This document shows positions 13,255 to 21,600 of a stretch of DNA of 64,000 nucleotides, in pieces. The position numbers and the translations under genes are program-made. Under the pieces are notes generated by a model. It worked only from the letters and a program-made list of their open reading frames with translations. It had not been told where the DNA came from and did no database searches. Position 1 is the stretch's first letter. Each line of letters starts with the position of its first letter. The DNA is from an uncultured Planctomycetota bacterium (GTDB lineage: Bacteria > Planctomycetota > UBA11346): assembly GCA_963818245.1 (NCBI GenBank), contig CAWFSD010000001.1:2749-66748 (forward strand), in the 5' to 3' direction.

Positions 13255-13975
13255 TCAGCGCCGCAGCCAGTGCACTGAGCGGCCATCGTCGCGCGTCCGG
13301 GTCCGTGCAGGCTGGGCCAGGTCTCCACGACGGCCAGGCCGACGTCCTTGGCGAGGCCGCGATCTCCGCCGGCTCGTAGATCCGCACGCTCTCCCGCCAC
13401 TCCGTCAGCACCTCGCCGGCGCGCGTCAGCGTGACGTCCTTCTCGACCCGGCTGCCGACCAGCCGGCGCCGCTCGGCTGATCACCAGCCCGTCGCACCCG
13501 CTGCGCTCGCTCGCCGCGACCAGGCCGCTGCGCAGCGCGCTGGTTCAGGCAGGTCGAGCAGCAGCCACCCGCCCGGTGCCAGCATCTCGGCCAGGCGCCG
13601 CAGCAGCGCCGCGTTGCCCGCGTCGTCGAAGTAGCCGAACGCGGTGAACAGCAGGACGATCGCCCCCCACCCGCCGGCGAGCGGCGGTGCGCGCATGTCG
13701 GCGCGCACCAGCCGGCCCTGGCAGGGCGGCCGGAGACGGGCGCTGGCGAGCAGCTGCGGGCTGAGGTCGAAGCCGAACGCCGGCAACCCCGCAGCGCGCA
13801 GCGCCTGCAGGTGCCGGCCATTGCCGCAACCGGCGTCCAGCACCGCTCCCGGCGCCTGGCGCAGGCGCGGCAGCAACCCGGCGATCTCGCCGGCGGCGGA
13901 GGCGTCATCGCGGTGCGCGTACACCTGCTCGTAACCGGCGGCGAAGGCGGCCTGCCACCACGGGATCTCGGGCAT
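13255..13975 (-). CDS. Class I SAM-dependent methyltransferase (frameshifted; 3' end approximate)
   Basis: ..VLDAGCGNGRH (motif I)..GFDLS..WGAIVLLFTAFGYF..LAPGGWLLLDL. The continuation is found in other frames (..VEKDVTLTRAGEVLTEWRESVRIYEPAEIA..GLAVVETW..). Confidence 0.6.
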
Positions 13976-13978
13976 GCG

Positions 13979-14680
13979 CTACTTCTTGACCGTCCTGCGG
14001 AACGACGACGTCGCCCCCGGCTGGCGGTTGAGCGGCAGCAGCTCGCTCAGGCAGCGCACCATGCGGCCGGCGCCGGCGGCGATCTGCTCGGCCTCGCTGG
14101 CGTGCCCGTCGACGGCGATGACGATCGCGCCGGCGGCGTGGGCCGAGGCGATGCCGCTGGTGCTGTCCTCGATCGCCAGGCAGCGCTCGATGGGCACGCC
14201 CAGGCGCTGCGCGGCGAGGGCGTAGGGGTGGGGATCGGGCTTGTGGCGCGGAGCGCTGTCCTCGAAGCACACGCGCATCGGCAGGCGCGCGGCCAGGCCG
14301 ACGGCTTCCAGGGCCAGGGCCGCGACGGCGCGCGGCGACGAGGTCACCACGCAGCAGGTCAGGCCCTCGTTCCAGGCGTGCTCGAGCAGGGCGCGCGCGC
14401 CCGAGCGCAGCGGCACGCCTTCACTGCGCAGGATCTCCATCAGCATGGCGCTCTTGGCCTGCTTCCACTCCTCGACGTCCTCGGCCAGGCCGTGCTCCCG
14501 CATCAGGTCCTGGAACAGCAGGGCGTCGCTCTTGCCGATGTTGTCGTAGAGGCGCGCCTCCGGCACGTCGAGGCCCTTGCCGCTCAGGAAGCGGCGGTGG
14601 GCGCGCACGTGGCAGGGCTCCGAATCGATGAGGGTGCCATCGAGGTCGAGGAGCACGGCGGCGAAGGTGCGCACGGACAT
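13979..14680 (-). CDS. HAD-superfamily hydrolase (beta-phosphoglucomutase/phosphatase-like, subfamily IA)
   Basis: MSVRTFAAVLLDLDGTLIDSE (DxDGT motif I)..CCVVTSS (motif II)..HKPDPHPY..IEDSTSGIASAHAAG (motifs III/IV). Intact. Confidence 0.8.
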   Translation of the reverse strand: MSVRTFAAVLLDLDGTLIDSEPCHVRAHRRFLSGKGLDVPEARLYDNIGKSDALLFQDLMREHGLAEDVEEWKQAKSAMLMEILRSEGVPLRSGARALLEHAWNEGLTCCVVTSSPRAVAALALEAVGLAARLPMRVCFEDSAPRHKPDPHPYALAAQRLGVPIERCLAIEDSTSGIASAHAAGAIVIAVDGHASEAEQIAAGAGRMVRCLSELLPLNRQPGATSSFRRTVKK

Positions 14681-15185
14681 GGCCGGCGAACGTACCAGGC
14701 AGGACCTGTCAGGCAATTGTCGCGCAGCAGGTGCGCCCAACCATGGGCTGTCGAGCGGCCTCGACCTGGGTGGCTCGGCGCGCAGCGGCGTGGACTGCGT
14801 GATCGAGAACACCGCCGACCCGAGCGCGGTGGTGGGCGCTACCAGTTCGACCTGATCACCAAGAGGGAGGTCAGCGTGATCTTCGGCATGTCGACTCGCA
14901 GAACGACTCCGCGGACGTGCGCTCCGTGGCCGAGGCGGGGCTGTGGGATGGCAGCGCCGGCTCGCCATGGGTACGACCGGCTTGCGCGGGTCGAGCTGGC
15001 AGCCATCTCACAGCCTCCGACGGCCCATGTCCGCCGATTCTTCCGATAAAGACCCCGCATGCCACGGTGCGCGCCGATGTCACGCTCCTGTCCGCGCCAT
15101 CGACCGATTCAAAGACATCGGGTCAGCTCGACCGTCCCGGCGACGCCGATGGGGACAGCGACAGCACACGTTGGCCCAGCGCACG

Positions 15186-15215
15186 AAAAAGCCCCCTGGC
15201 CGAGGGCCAGGGGGC
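15186..15215 (-). terminator. Rho-independent terminator downstream of hpf
   Basis: On the minus strand, gccccctggcc-ctc-ggccagggggc (an 11-bp stem) is followed by ttttt, about 35 nt after the hpf stop. Confidence 0.6.
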
Positions 15216-15248
15216 GAGAAGATGCGTGGTTGTCGAACCCGGCCGGGC

Positions 15249-15563
15249 CTAGGCGCGGATCCCGCGCTGCGGCTGGGTCTCGCGCTCGTGGATCCTGCGC
15301 AGCTGCACCGCGCACTTGTCGCTGACCACATCGATGGCGCTGTACACGGTCTCCTCCTGGTCGTGGGCCACCACATCCTTGCCGTGGGGAAGGTGCATGT
15401 CGACGTCGACGCGGTAGCCGTGCTTCTCGGAGGGGTGGATGGTGACGTGGACCTTCTGCAGAGCCGAGTGGAACCTGCCCAGGGCACCGAGCTTGTCATG
15501 CACGTAGGCCTTGACCTTGTCGGAGATCTGGAAACGGACGCCAGTGATGTGGATGGCAACCAT
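15249..15563 (-). CDS. hpf: Ribosome hibernation promoting factor / RaiA family (short form)
   Basis: MVAIHITGVRFQISDKVKAYVHDKLGALGRFHSALQKVHVTI..YRVDVDMHLPHGKDVVAHDQEETVYSAIDVVSDKCAVQLRRIHER matches the sigma-54-modulation/S30EA family pattern. Confidence 0.85.
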   Translation of the reverse strand: MVAIHITGVRFQISDKVKAYVHDKLGALGRFHSALQKVHVTIHPSEKHGYRVDVDMHLPHGKDVVAHDQEETVYSAIDVVSDKCAVQLRRIHERETQPQRGIRA

Positions 15564-15892
15564 GTTGACGCTCCTCGATCCTGGTCCTCACACTGGAGGG
15601 CCTAGTTGGCTGTGGCCGCTTGCCCCTGCCGGCGGCCGGATGGAAACGACTCAGGGGAGTACTGGCCCGATCATACGATCATCCGCCGGCTCGCGTCAAC
15701 GTCCATCTTGGCAACACTGGAGAGGGTCCAGGCCCCTGCTTGAGACAATTCACACCCGGGGCCTTCCGCCTTGCCTTTGGGGCCCCGCGCCACCACAAAC
15801 AGGGCTTGATGCCGGCCCGTCCCATGCCCCCAGCACGCGCACCCCGCCAGGGGTCTGGATGCCGCCGGCGGCCGCCTGACGGGAGTCCCCGC

Positions 15893-18118
15893 ATGATGCC
15901 CGGCGGCCCGACCATGACCTTCAGCAGGCTGCTGACGGCGCGCTCGGTGGTCATCGGGTTGATCGCCTCGGCGGTGATGGCGGTGATCGCGCCGCTCAAC
16001 GACTGGGCCCTGGGCAACACCCCCATCTACAACCACTACCTGCCGCTGGGTGTCACCGTGCTGGTGTTGCTGATGGGGCTGGTGGTCAACCCCCTGCTCG
16101 GCGAGCGCCGCCTGCGCAGCGGCGAGATGACGGTCATCGTCAGCATGCTGCTGGTCCTGGGTGGGGTGGCCTCGAGCGGCCTGACCCGCCTGCTGCCCGG
16201 AGTCATGGCCGGGCCCGCCCGGGTGCTTCCGGCGGAGCCGGGCCTGTCGCCATTCCTGGGCAACGGCGAACTGCTGATGCCGCGCCGCGTGTTCGTCGAC
16301 CTGCCCGACCACGGACCGCCCGACCCGAACGACCCCGATCACCGCCTGGTCGTCGACGGCTTCCACAACGGCCTGCCGCAGGGCGCGCCGGTGGTCGGGC
16401 ACCGCGCGACGGTCACCTGGAGCCTGGCCGACGGCAGCGAGCGCACCGCCCTGGCGCTGGCGGGCAAGCGCGCGGCCGAGATGCCCGGCTGCCTCGATCT
16501 CGACCACCTCCCGGGCCTGGCCCTGCTCGGCCACCACGTCGGCGACACCATCGCGACGGCGGGCGGACCCCTGCGCATCGTCGCGGTGGTCCCGCCGGCG
16601 GTGCCGTGGCGGGCGTGGTGGCGGCCCTACCTGGCGTGGCTGCCGCTGCTGCTCGGCGCCTTCATCGCCTGCCTGGCGATCTCGGCGCTGGTGCGCCGGC
16701 AGTGGATCGACCACGAGCGCCTGCCCTTCCCCCTCGCCAACGTCACCCTCGACTTCATGGCCCCGCCCGAGCCGGGCACGCGCCTGGCGCCGATCTTCCG
16801 CGCGCGCGGCTTCTGGCTGGGCTTCGTGGTGGTCGCCGTGGTGCTGGTCAGCCAGGGCCTGGAGACCTGGGGGCTGCTGCCGATGTCGGTGTCGACCACC
16901 TTCGACTTCCGCGACGCCTTCGCGAGCGAGCCCTGGTACCAGGTCTACACGCACTGGGCGCTGTTCCGCGTCAACGTCTACTTCAGCATCGTCGGGCTGG
17001 CCTTCTTCCTGCCGCTCGACCTGAGCTTCAGCCTGTGGTTCTTCTTCGTCGCCACCAACCTGGTGTACATGGTGCTGAAGACCCAGGGCCGCCCGGTCGC
17101 CTATGACGACGCCGGCAAGGTCGGCGTGGGCGGCTTCGCGGTCGAGTGCCTGCTGATCCTGTGGATCGGGCGGCGCCACTACCTGGGCCTGCTGCGCGCC
17201 GCCTTCAGCCGCGGCGGGGACGAGCACCAGCGCCTGCTGGTCCCCTACGTGTGGATGCTGCTCGGCGGCGTGCTCACCATGGCCATGTGGCTGGTCGCGC
17301 TCGGCGCGCAGCCGCACCACGCGCTGGTGGCGGTGCTGCTGTTCCTCGGCTTCGTGCTGGTGCTGGCGCGGGTGGTGGCGGAGGCCGGCATCCCCGCCAT
17401 CGGCCTGCCGGCCGGCTGCCACCTCAGCCAAGTGCTGTTCTCGGTGGTGGGCTTCGGCGCGCCGCTCGCCGCGCTCGCGCCGCTGACCCTGCTCGGCGCG
17501 ACCCTGCTCGGCAACAGCCGCGAGAACCTGCTGCCCTACGCGGTCGACAGCGAGTACCTGGTCAAGCGCACCCTGATCCAGAACACCGTGGCCAAGCGCC
17601 TGCGCTGGACGGGGCTGCTGATCGGGGTGCTGGTCCTGGGCTCGCTGGCGGCGATGATGACCCTGGTCTCGTCCGACTACCAGCGCGACGGCCAGGTCGA
17701 CCGCGCCTGGTACTCCACCCTGGTCGAGCAGGGCCTGATGCCGCTCGCCACCGGCTCCGCGAGCGGCGCCGGCGCCCAGCCCGGCACCTGGTCGTGCTAC
17801 GGGCTGGGCGCCGTGCTGGTCGGGGTGCTCGGCGTGTGCCGCATGTTCCTGTCGTGGTGGCCACTGCACCCGATCGGCTACCTGGTCAGCATGACCGGCC
17901 CGACCCAGGCGATCTGGTTCAGCTTCCTGCTCGCGTGGATGGCCAAGCTGCTGGTCACGCGCTATGGCGGTCCGCAGCTCTACCAGCGCCTCAAGCCGGT
18001 GGCGATGGGCCTGATCGCGGCCGAGGCCGCCACCGCCGGGCTGTTCATGCTGCTCGCCGCGGTGCTGCACTGGTGCGGCATCGACTTCCCGCGCCACGTG
18101 AGCTTCCTGCCGCTATGA
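15893..18118 (+). CDS. Large polytopic membrane protein, paralog 1 (about 15-16 predicted spans with a ~150-aa hydrophilic insert); function unknown, possibly OPT-superfamily-like
   Basis: An intact 741-aa frame with protein-like composition. Hydrophobic spans run throughout. A hydrophilic insert follows span 3 (..FVDLPDHGPPDPNDPDHRLVVDGFHNG..). The motif RRQWIDHERLPFPLA is present and the C-terminus reads ..LVTRYGGPQLYQRLKP... The start may be ATG 15893, 15896 or 15914. Confidence 0.75.
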   Translation: MMPGGPTMTFSRLLTARSVVIGLIASAVMAVIAPLNDWALGNTPIYNHYLPLGVTVLVLLMGLVVNPLLGERRLRSGEMTVIVSMLLVLGGVASSGLTRLLPGVMAGPARVLPAEPGLSPFLGNGELLMPRRVFVDLPDHGPPDPNDPDHRLVVDGFHNGLPQGAPVVGHRATVTWSLADGSERTALALAGKRAAEMPGCLDLDHLPGLALLGHHVGDTIATAGGPLRIVAVVPPAVPWRAWWRPYLAWLPLLLGAFIACLAISALVRRQWIDHERLPFPLANVTLDFMAPPEPGTRLAPIFRARGFWLGFVVVAVVLVSQGLETWGLLPMSVSTTFDFRDAFASEPWYQVYTHWALFRVNVYFSIVGLAFFLPLDLSFSLWFFFVATNLVYMVLKTQGRPVAYDDAGKVGVGGFAVECLLILWIGRRHYLGLLRAAFSRGGDEHQRLLVPYVWMLLGGVLTMAMWLVALGAQPHHALVAVLLFLGFVLVLARVVAEAGIPAIGLPAGCHLSQVLFSVVGFGAPLAALAPLTLLGATLLGNSRENLLPYAVDSEYLVKRTLIQNTVAKRLRWTGLLIGVLVLGSLAAMMTLVSSDYQRDGQVDRAWYSTLVEQGLMPLATGSASGAGAQPGTWSCYGLGAVLVGVLGVCRMFLSWWPLHPIGYLVSMTGPTQAIWFSFLLAWMAKLLVTRYGGPQLYQRLKPVAMGLIAAEAATAGLFMLLAAVLHWCGIDFPRHVSFLPL

Positions 18119-20354
18119 ACCGCGCCGACCGCCCGGTGAGCGACCGCCTCCCGCCGCCGGACAGCGGTCCCGCCCTGACACGGCGCGCCATCGCCATCGG
18201 GGCGGTCGCGGCGGTGCTGTTCGCGCTGGTGACGCCGTACAACGACTGGCAGTACACCAGCTCGTACCTGTACTGCCACTTCATGCCGCCGGGCGTGACC
18301 GTGCTGATGCTGACGCTGGCCCTCGGGGTCAACCCGCTGCTCGGCGCGCGCCGCCTGCGGCTGGGCGAGCTGGCGGTCATCGCCGGGATGCTGCTGGTCC
18401 TCGGTGGGGTGGTGTCTTCCGGCCTCAACCGCTACTTCCCGCAGGTCATCGCGGGGCCCGCCAAGCTGCTGACCACGACCCCGGAGCTGGCGCCGCTGGC
18501 GCCGGTGAACGGCGACGTGGTCCTGCCGACGCGCTTCTTCGTCGGACTGCCGGAGCACGGACCCATCCGCAGCGACGACCCCGAGTACCGCTACGTCGTC
18601 GACGGCTTCAACAACGGCCTGGCGCGCGGCGACCTGTCCGTGGGCCACCGCACGGTGGTCGGCTGGCGCGCTGAAGACGGCACCGTCCACCGCGCGACCG
18701 CCTACAGCGGCGCCCTGGGGCTGGGCGGCGGCGAGGACGTGCTCGACCTCGACGTCCCGCCGGGCCGGCTGCTCGCGGGGCACCGCGCCGGCGACGAGGT
18801 CGAGACCCCGACCGGCCGGGTGCGGGTGCTGACGGTCGAGCGCTGCGGTCTGGGCGGCGTGCCGTGGGACGCGTGGGCGGGCCCCCTGCTGCACTGGTCG
18901 CCGATCCTGCTCGGGGCCTTCGTCTGCTGCCTGGCCCTCAGCGCCCTGGTGCGCCGGCAGTGGATCGACCACGAGCGCCTGCCCTACCCGATCGCCAACG
19001 TGCTGCTCTCCATCGTCGCCGATCCCGATCCCGGCCAGCGCGTTGCGCCGCTGTTCCGTTCGCGCCTGTTCTGGACCGGGCTCGCCATCGCCGCGACGGT
19101 GCTGGTCACGCAGGGACTCAAGGCCTGGGGGGTGCTGCCGGTGGCGATCCCCACCCACTTCGGCTTCCGCGCGATCTTCAGCGAACACGCCTTCGACAAC
19201 GTCTACGCGGGCTTCGCGGTCACCGACCTGGTGCTGTGGTTCTCGGTCGCCGGGCTGGCCTTCTTCCTGCCCCTCGACCTCGGCTTCAGCCTGTGGTTCT
19301 TCTTCCTGGCGACGGTGGCGGGCGTGGCGCTGCTGCGCACCCAGGGCATGCCGGTCACCGAGGACCAGGTGTCGAGCACCGGCGTCGGCGGCTTCGCGGT
19401 GCAGTGCCTGCTCATCCTGTGGGTCGGCCGCCGCTACTACGTCCAGGTGCTGCGCACGGCGCTGCTGGGCGCGGCGATCCGGACCTGCGCGAGGTCACGC
19501 CCTACGTCTGGCTGCTGCTCGCGGGCATCGCGGCGATGGCGGCGACCCTGGTGGCGAACGGCGCGCTGTGGTACCACGCGCTGCTCACCGTGCTGATCTT
19601 CCTCGGCTTCCTGCTGGTGCTGGCGCGCCTGGTCGCCGAGGCCGGGCTGCCGTTCCTGCAGATCCCGACCGGCTACTTCCTGAGCAAGGTGGTGTTCTCG
19701 ATCACCGGCTTCCACCTGCCGCTGGCGGCGCTCGCGCCGCTGCTGCTGATCGGCACCGGCCTGATGGGCGACACGCGCGAGAACCTGATGGCCTACGGGG
19801 TGCACGCCGAGTACCTGGGCCGGCGCGCCGGCGCGCCGCGCCTGGCGGGCAGCGCCGTGCTGCTCGCCGTGGTGGTGGTCGGCGCGCTGCTCAGCGGCGC
19901 GGTCATGCTGGTCATCTACTACGGCGGCGAGCACCCCGCCGACGGCTGGCCGCACTTCTCGCTGCTCGAGCACAACCTCAAACCGCTCGCCAACGGCTGG
20001 AGCGGCGTCGCCACGCCCGACGTCTGGCCGGGCTACGGCCTGGGCGCGGGCGTCACCGCCGTGCTCGGCATCGGGCGCATGCTGTTCTCGGCCTGGCCGC
20101 TCCACCCCCTGGGCTACATCGTCGCGAGCTGCTACCCGACCTGGCTGAACTGGTTCAGCGTGCTGGTCGGCTGGACCGCCAAGGCGCTGGTCCTGCGCTA
20201 CGGCGGACCGCAGCTCTACCAGCGCCTGCGCCCGCTCGCCATCGGCCTGATCGTGGGCGAGGCGCTGGCGAGCGTGCTGTTCATGGTCCTGACCTACCTG
20301 CTGCACCTGTGCGGTTCCGACTTCGCGACCCACCCCCAGTTCCTGCCGCGCTGA
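18115..20354 (+). CDS. Large polytopic membrane protein, paralog 2 (one apparent frameshift near 19470)
   Basis: The ATG overlaps the paralog 1 stop (ATGA). It is colinear with paralog 1, sharing blocks SALVRRQWIDHERLP(F/Y)P, GLAFFLPLDL(S/G)FSLWFFF, VGVGGFAV(E/Q)CLLILW, LVLAR(V/L)VAEAG and RYGGPQLYQRL(K/R)P. The frame switch at ..LLG|(R)GDPDLREVTPYVWLLLAG restores colinearity. Confidence 0.75.
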
Positions 20355-20357
20355 GCC

Positions 20358-21236
20358 GTGACGGACGGTCTCGCCATCCACGGCATCGGCTGCCCCCTGC
20401 CGCGGGGCTGGGAGGCGGTCGGCAGCGCCGGCGGCTGGCGGCGCGGCCAGGTGCTGGTCGCCGCCAGCGATGGCCCGCCCCTGCTCGCCGTCGGCTGGGA
20501 GCGGCAAGCACCGACGTCGGAGCCGCAGCGGTTGCTCGCAGCCCTCGAACGGCGCATGCGCAGCGAACTCGGCTGTGGCGAGCGCCGCGCCTGCAGCGCC
20601 ATCGCCGGGGGCCTGCTGGCGCGCTGGGCGGCGCCCCCAGGCGAGCTGTGCGGTGGGGTGCGCTGCGTGCGCCCGGCGACCGCCGCGGACGCGGAACGCG
20701 GGGTGGCGCTGGTGGTGCGCGCCCTGGCCCCCGCCGGCGTGGCGGCGGCGCACGCGGCCTTGGCCGGCGCCTGGGCGCGCGCCGTTGATCAGCCCACCCC
20801 GCTGCGCATCTACGGGCTCGACCTGGAGCTGCCGCCGTGGTGGCGGCTCGACGGCATGCAGCAGCTCGCCGGCCTGGTGCGCGCGCTGTTCCTGCACCAT
20901 CCGCGGGGCCGCCCCGACCGCATCGCCGGCGCCCTGGTGCTGCGCCGCTTCGCCTGCGCCGGGCGGGTCCTGGCGGGGCGCACGCCGGCGGAGTGGATCG
21001 CGGAGCAGCTCGGGCGGCGCGAGACGGTGCTGTCCAGCGCGGTGGTGGACGGGGTGACCGCCGTGCGCACCCGGCGGCCCGCCCCGGGCTGGTGGCGGCG
21101 CCTGGCCGGGGCCAGCGAGGGACGCAGCTTCCACGCCTGGCTGGAGGCGGCTGGCGACCGCCTGGTCCTGCAGGAGTGGTATGGCACCGGGACGCCGGTG
21201 ATGTGCTTGCGGAGTGCCGTCCCCACAGGAAGTTAG
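20358..21236 (+). CDS. Hypothetical protein (292 aa), no recognisable motif
   Basis: A GTG start lies 3 nt after the upstream stop and the ORF fills the gap in the operon. The composition is Ala/Arg/Gly/Leu-rich but contains W-rich blocks (LDLELPPWWRLDGMQQLAGLVRALFLHH). The call rests on position and coupling only. Confidence 0.5.
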   Translation: MTDGLAIHGIGCPLPRGWEAVGSAGGWRRGQVLVAASDGPPLLAVGWERQAPTSEPQRLLAALERRMRSELGCGERRACSAIAGGLLARWAAPPGELCGGVRCVRPATAADAERGVALVVRALAPAGVAAAHAALAGAWARAVDQPTPLRIYGLDLELPPWWRLDGMQQLAGLVRALFLHHPRGRPDRIAGALVLRRFACAGRVLAGRTPAEWIAEQLGRRETVLSSAVVDGVTAVRTRRPAPGWWRRLAGASEGRSFHAWLEAAGDRLVLQEWYGTGTPVMCLRSAVPTGS

Positions 21237-21240
21237 CTCC

Positions 21241-21600
21241 ATGGCCGCCCCCTCCGCCAGCATGCCCGGCGCGCCCGCCCCCGGCATTCCGCGGCTCACC
21301 CCCGGTGTCGAGCTGCAGCGGCTCGACGGAGGGCTCGTGCGCCTGCGCGGGGCCCCCTTCCGGCGCGGTGCCGCGCACCGCCTGGTCGCGCGCTGGCTGC
21401 GCCTGCCGGAGCGCCTCGAGGTCGAGCTGGACGAGCTCGGCGCGTTCGTGGTCACGCGCTGCGACGGCCGCGACCTGGAGACCCTCGCCGGCGATCTCGC
21501 CGCCCACCTCCGGCTGACGCGCCGCGAGGCGCGCGTCGCGCTCGCCGACTTCCTGCGCCTGCTCGAGCGCCGCCGGCTGCTGCGCGTGGTCCCGGCATGA
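21241..21600 (+). CDS. PqqD-family / RiPP-recognition-element-like small protein
   Basis: The 119-aa sequence ..VELDELGAFVVTRCDGRDLETLAGDLAAHLRLTRREARVALADFLRLLERRRLL fits, by eye, the PqqD pattern (x-L-[ND]-x-x-[GA]-x-x-[IV]W-x-x-x-DG-x-x-[TS]..I/L...L.......a..D[VL]..FL..L...GL[LI]). GTG 21214 is an alternative start. Confidence 0.55.
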   Translation: MAAPSASMPGAPAPGIPRLTPGVELQRLDGGLVRLRGAPFRRGAAHRLVARWLRLPERLEVELDELGAFVVTRCDGRDLETLAGDLAAHLRLTRREARVALADFLRLLERRRLLRVVPA

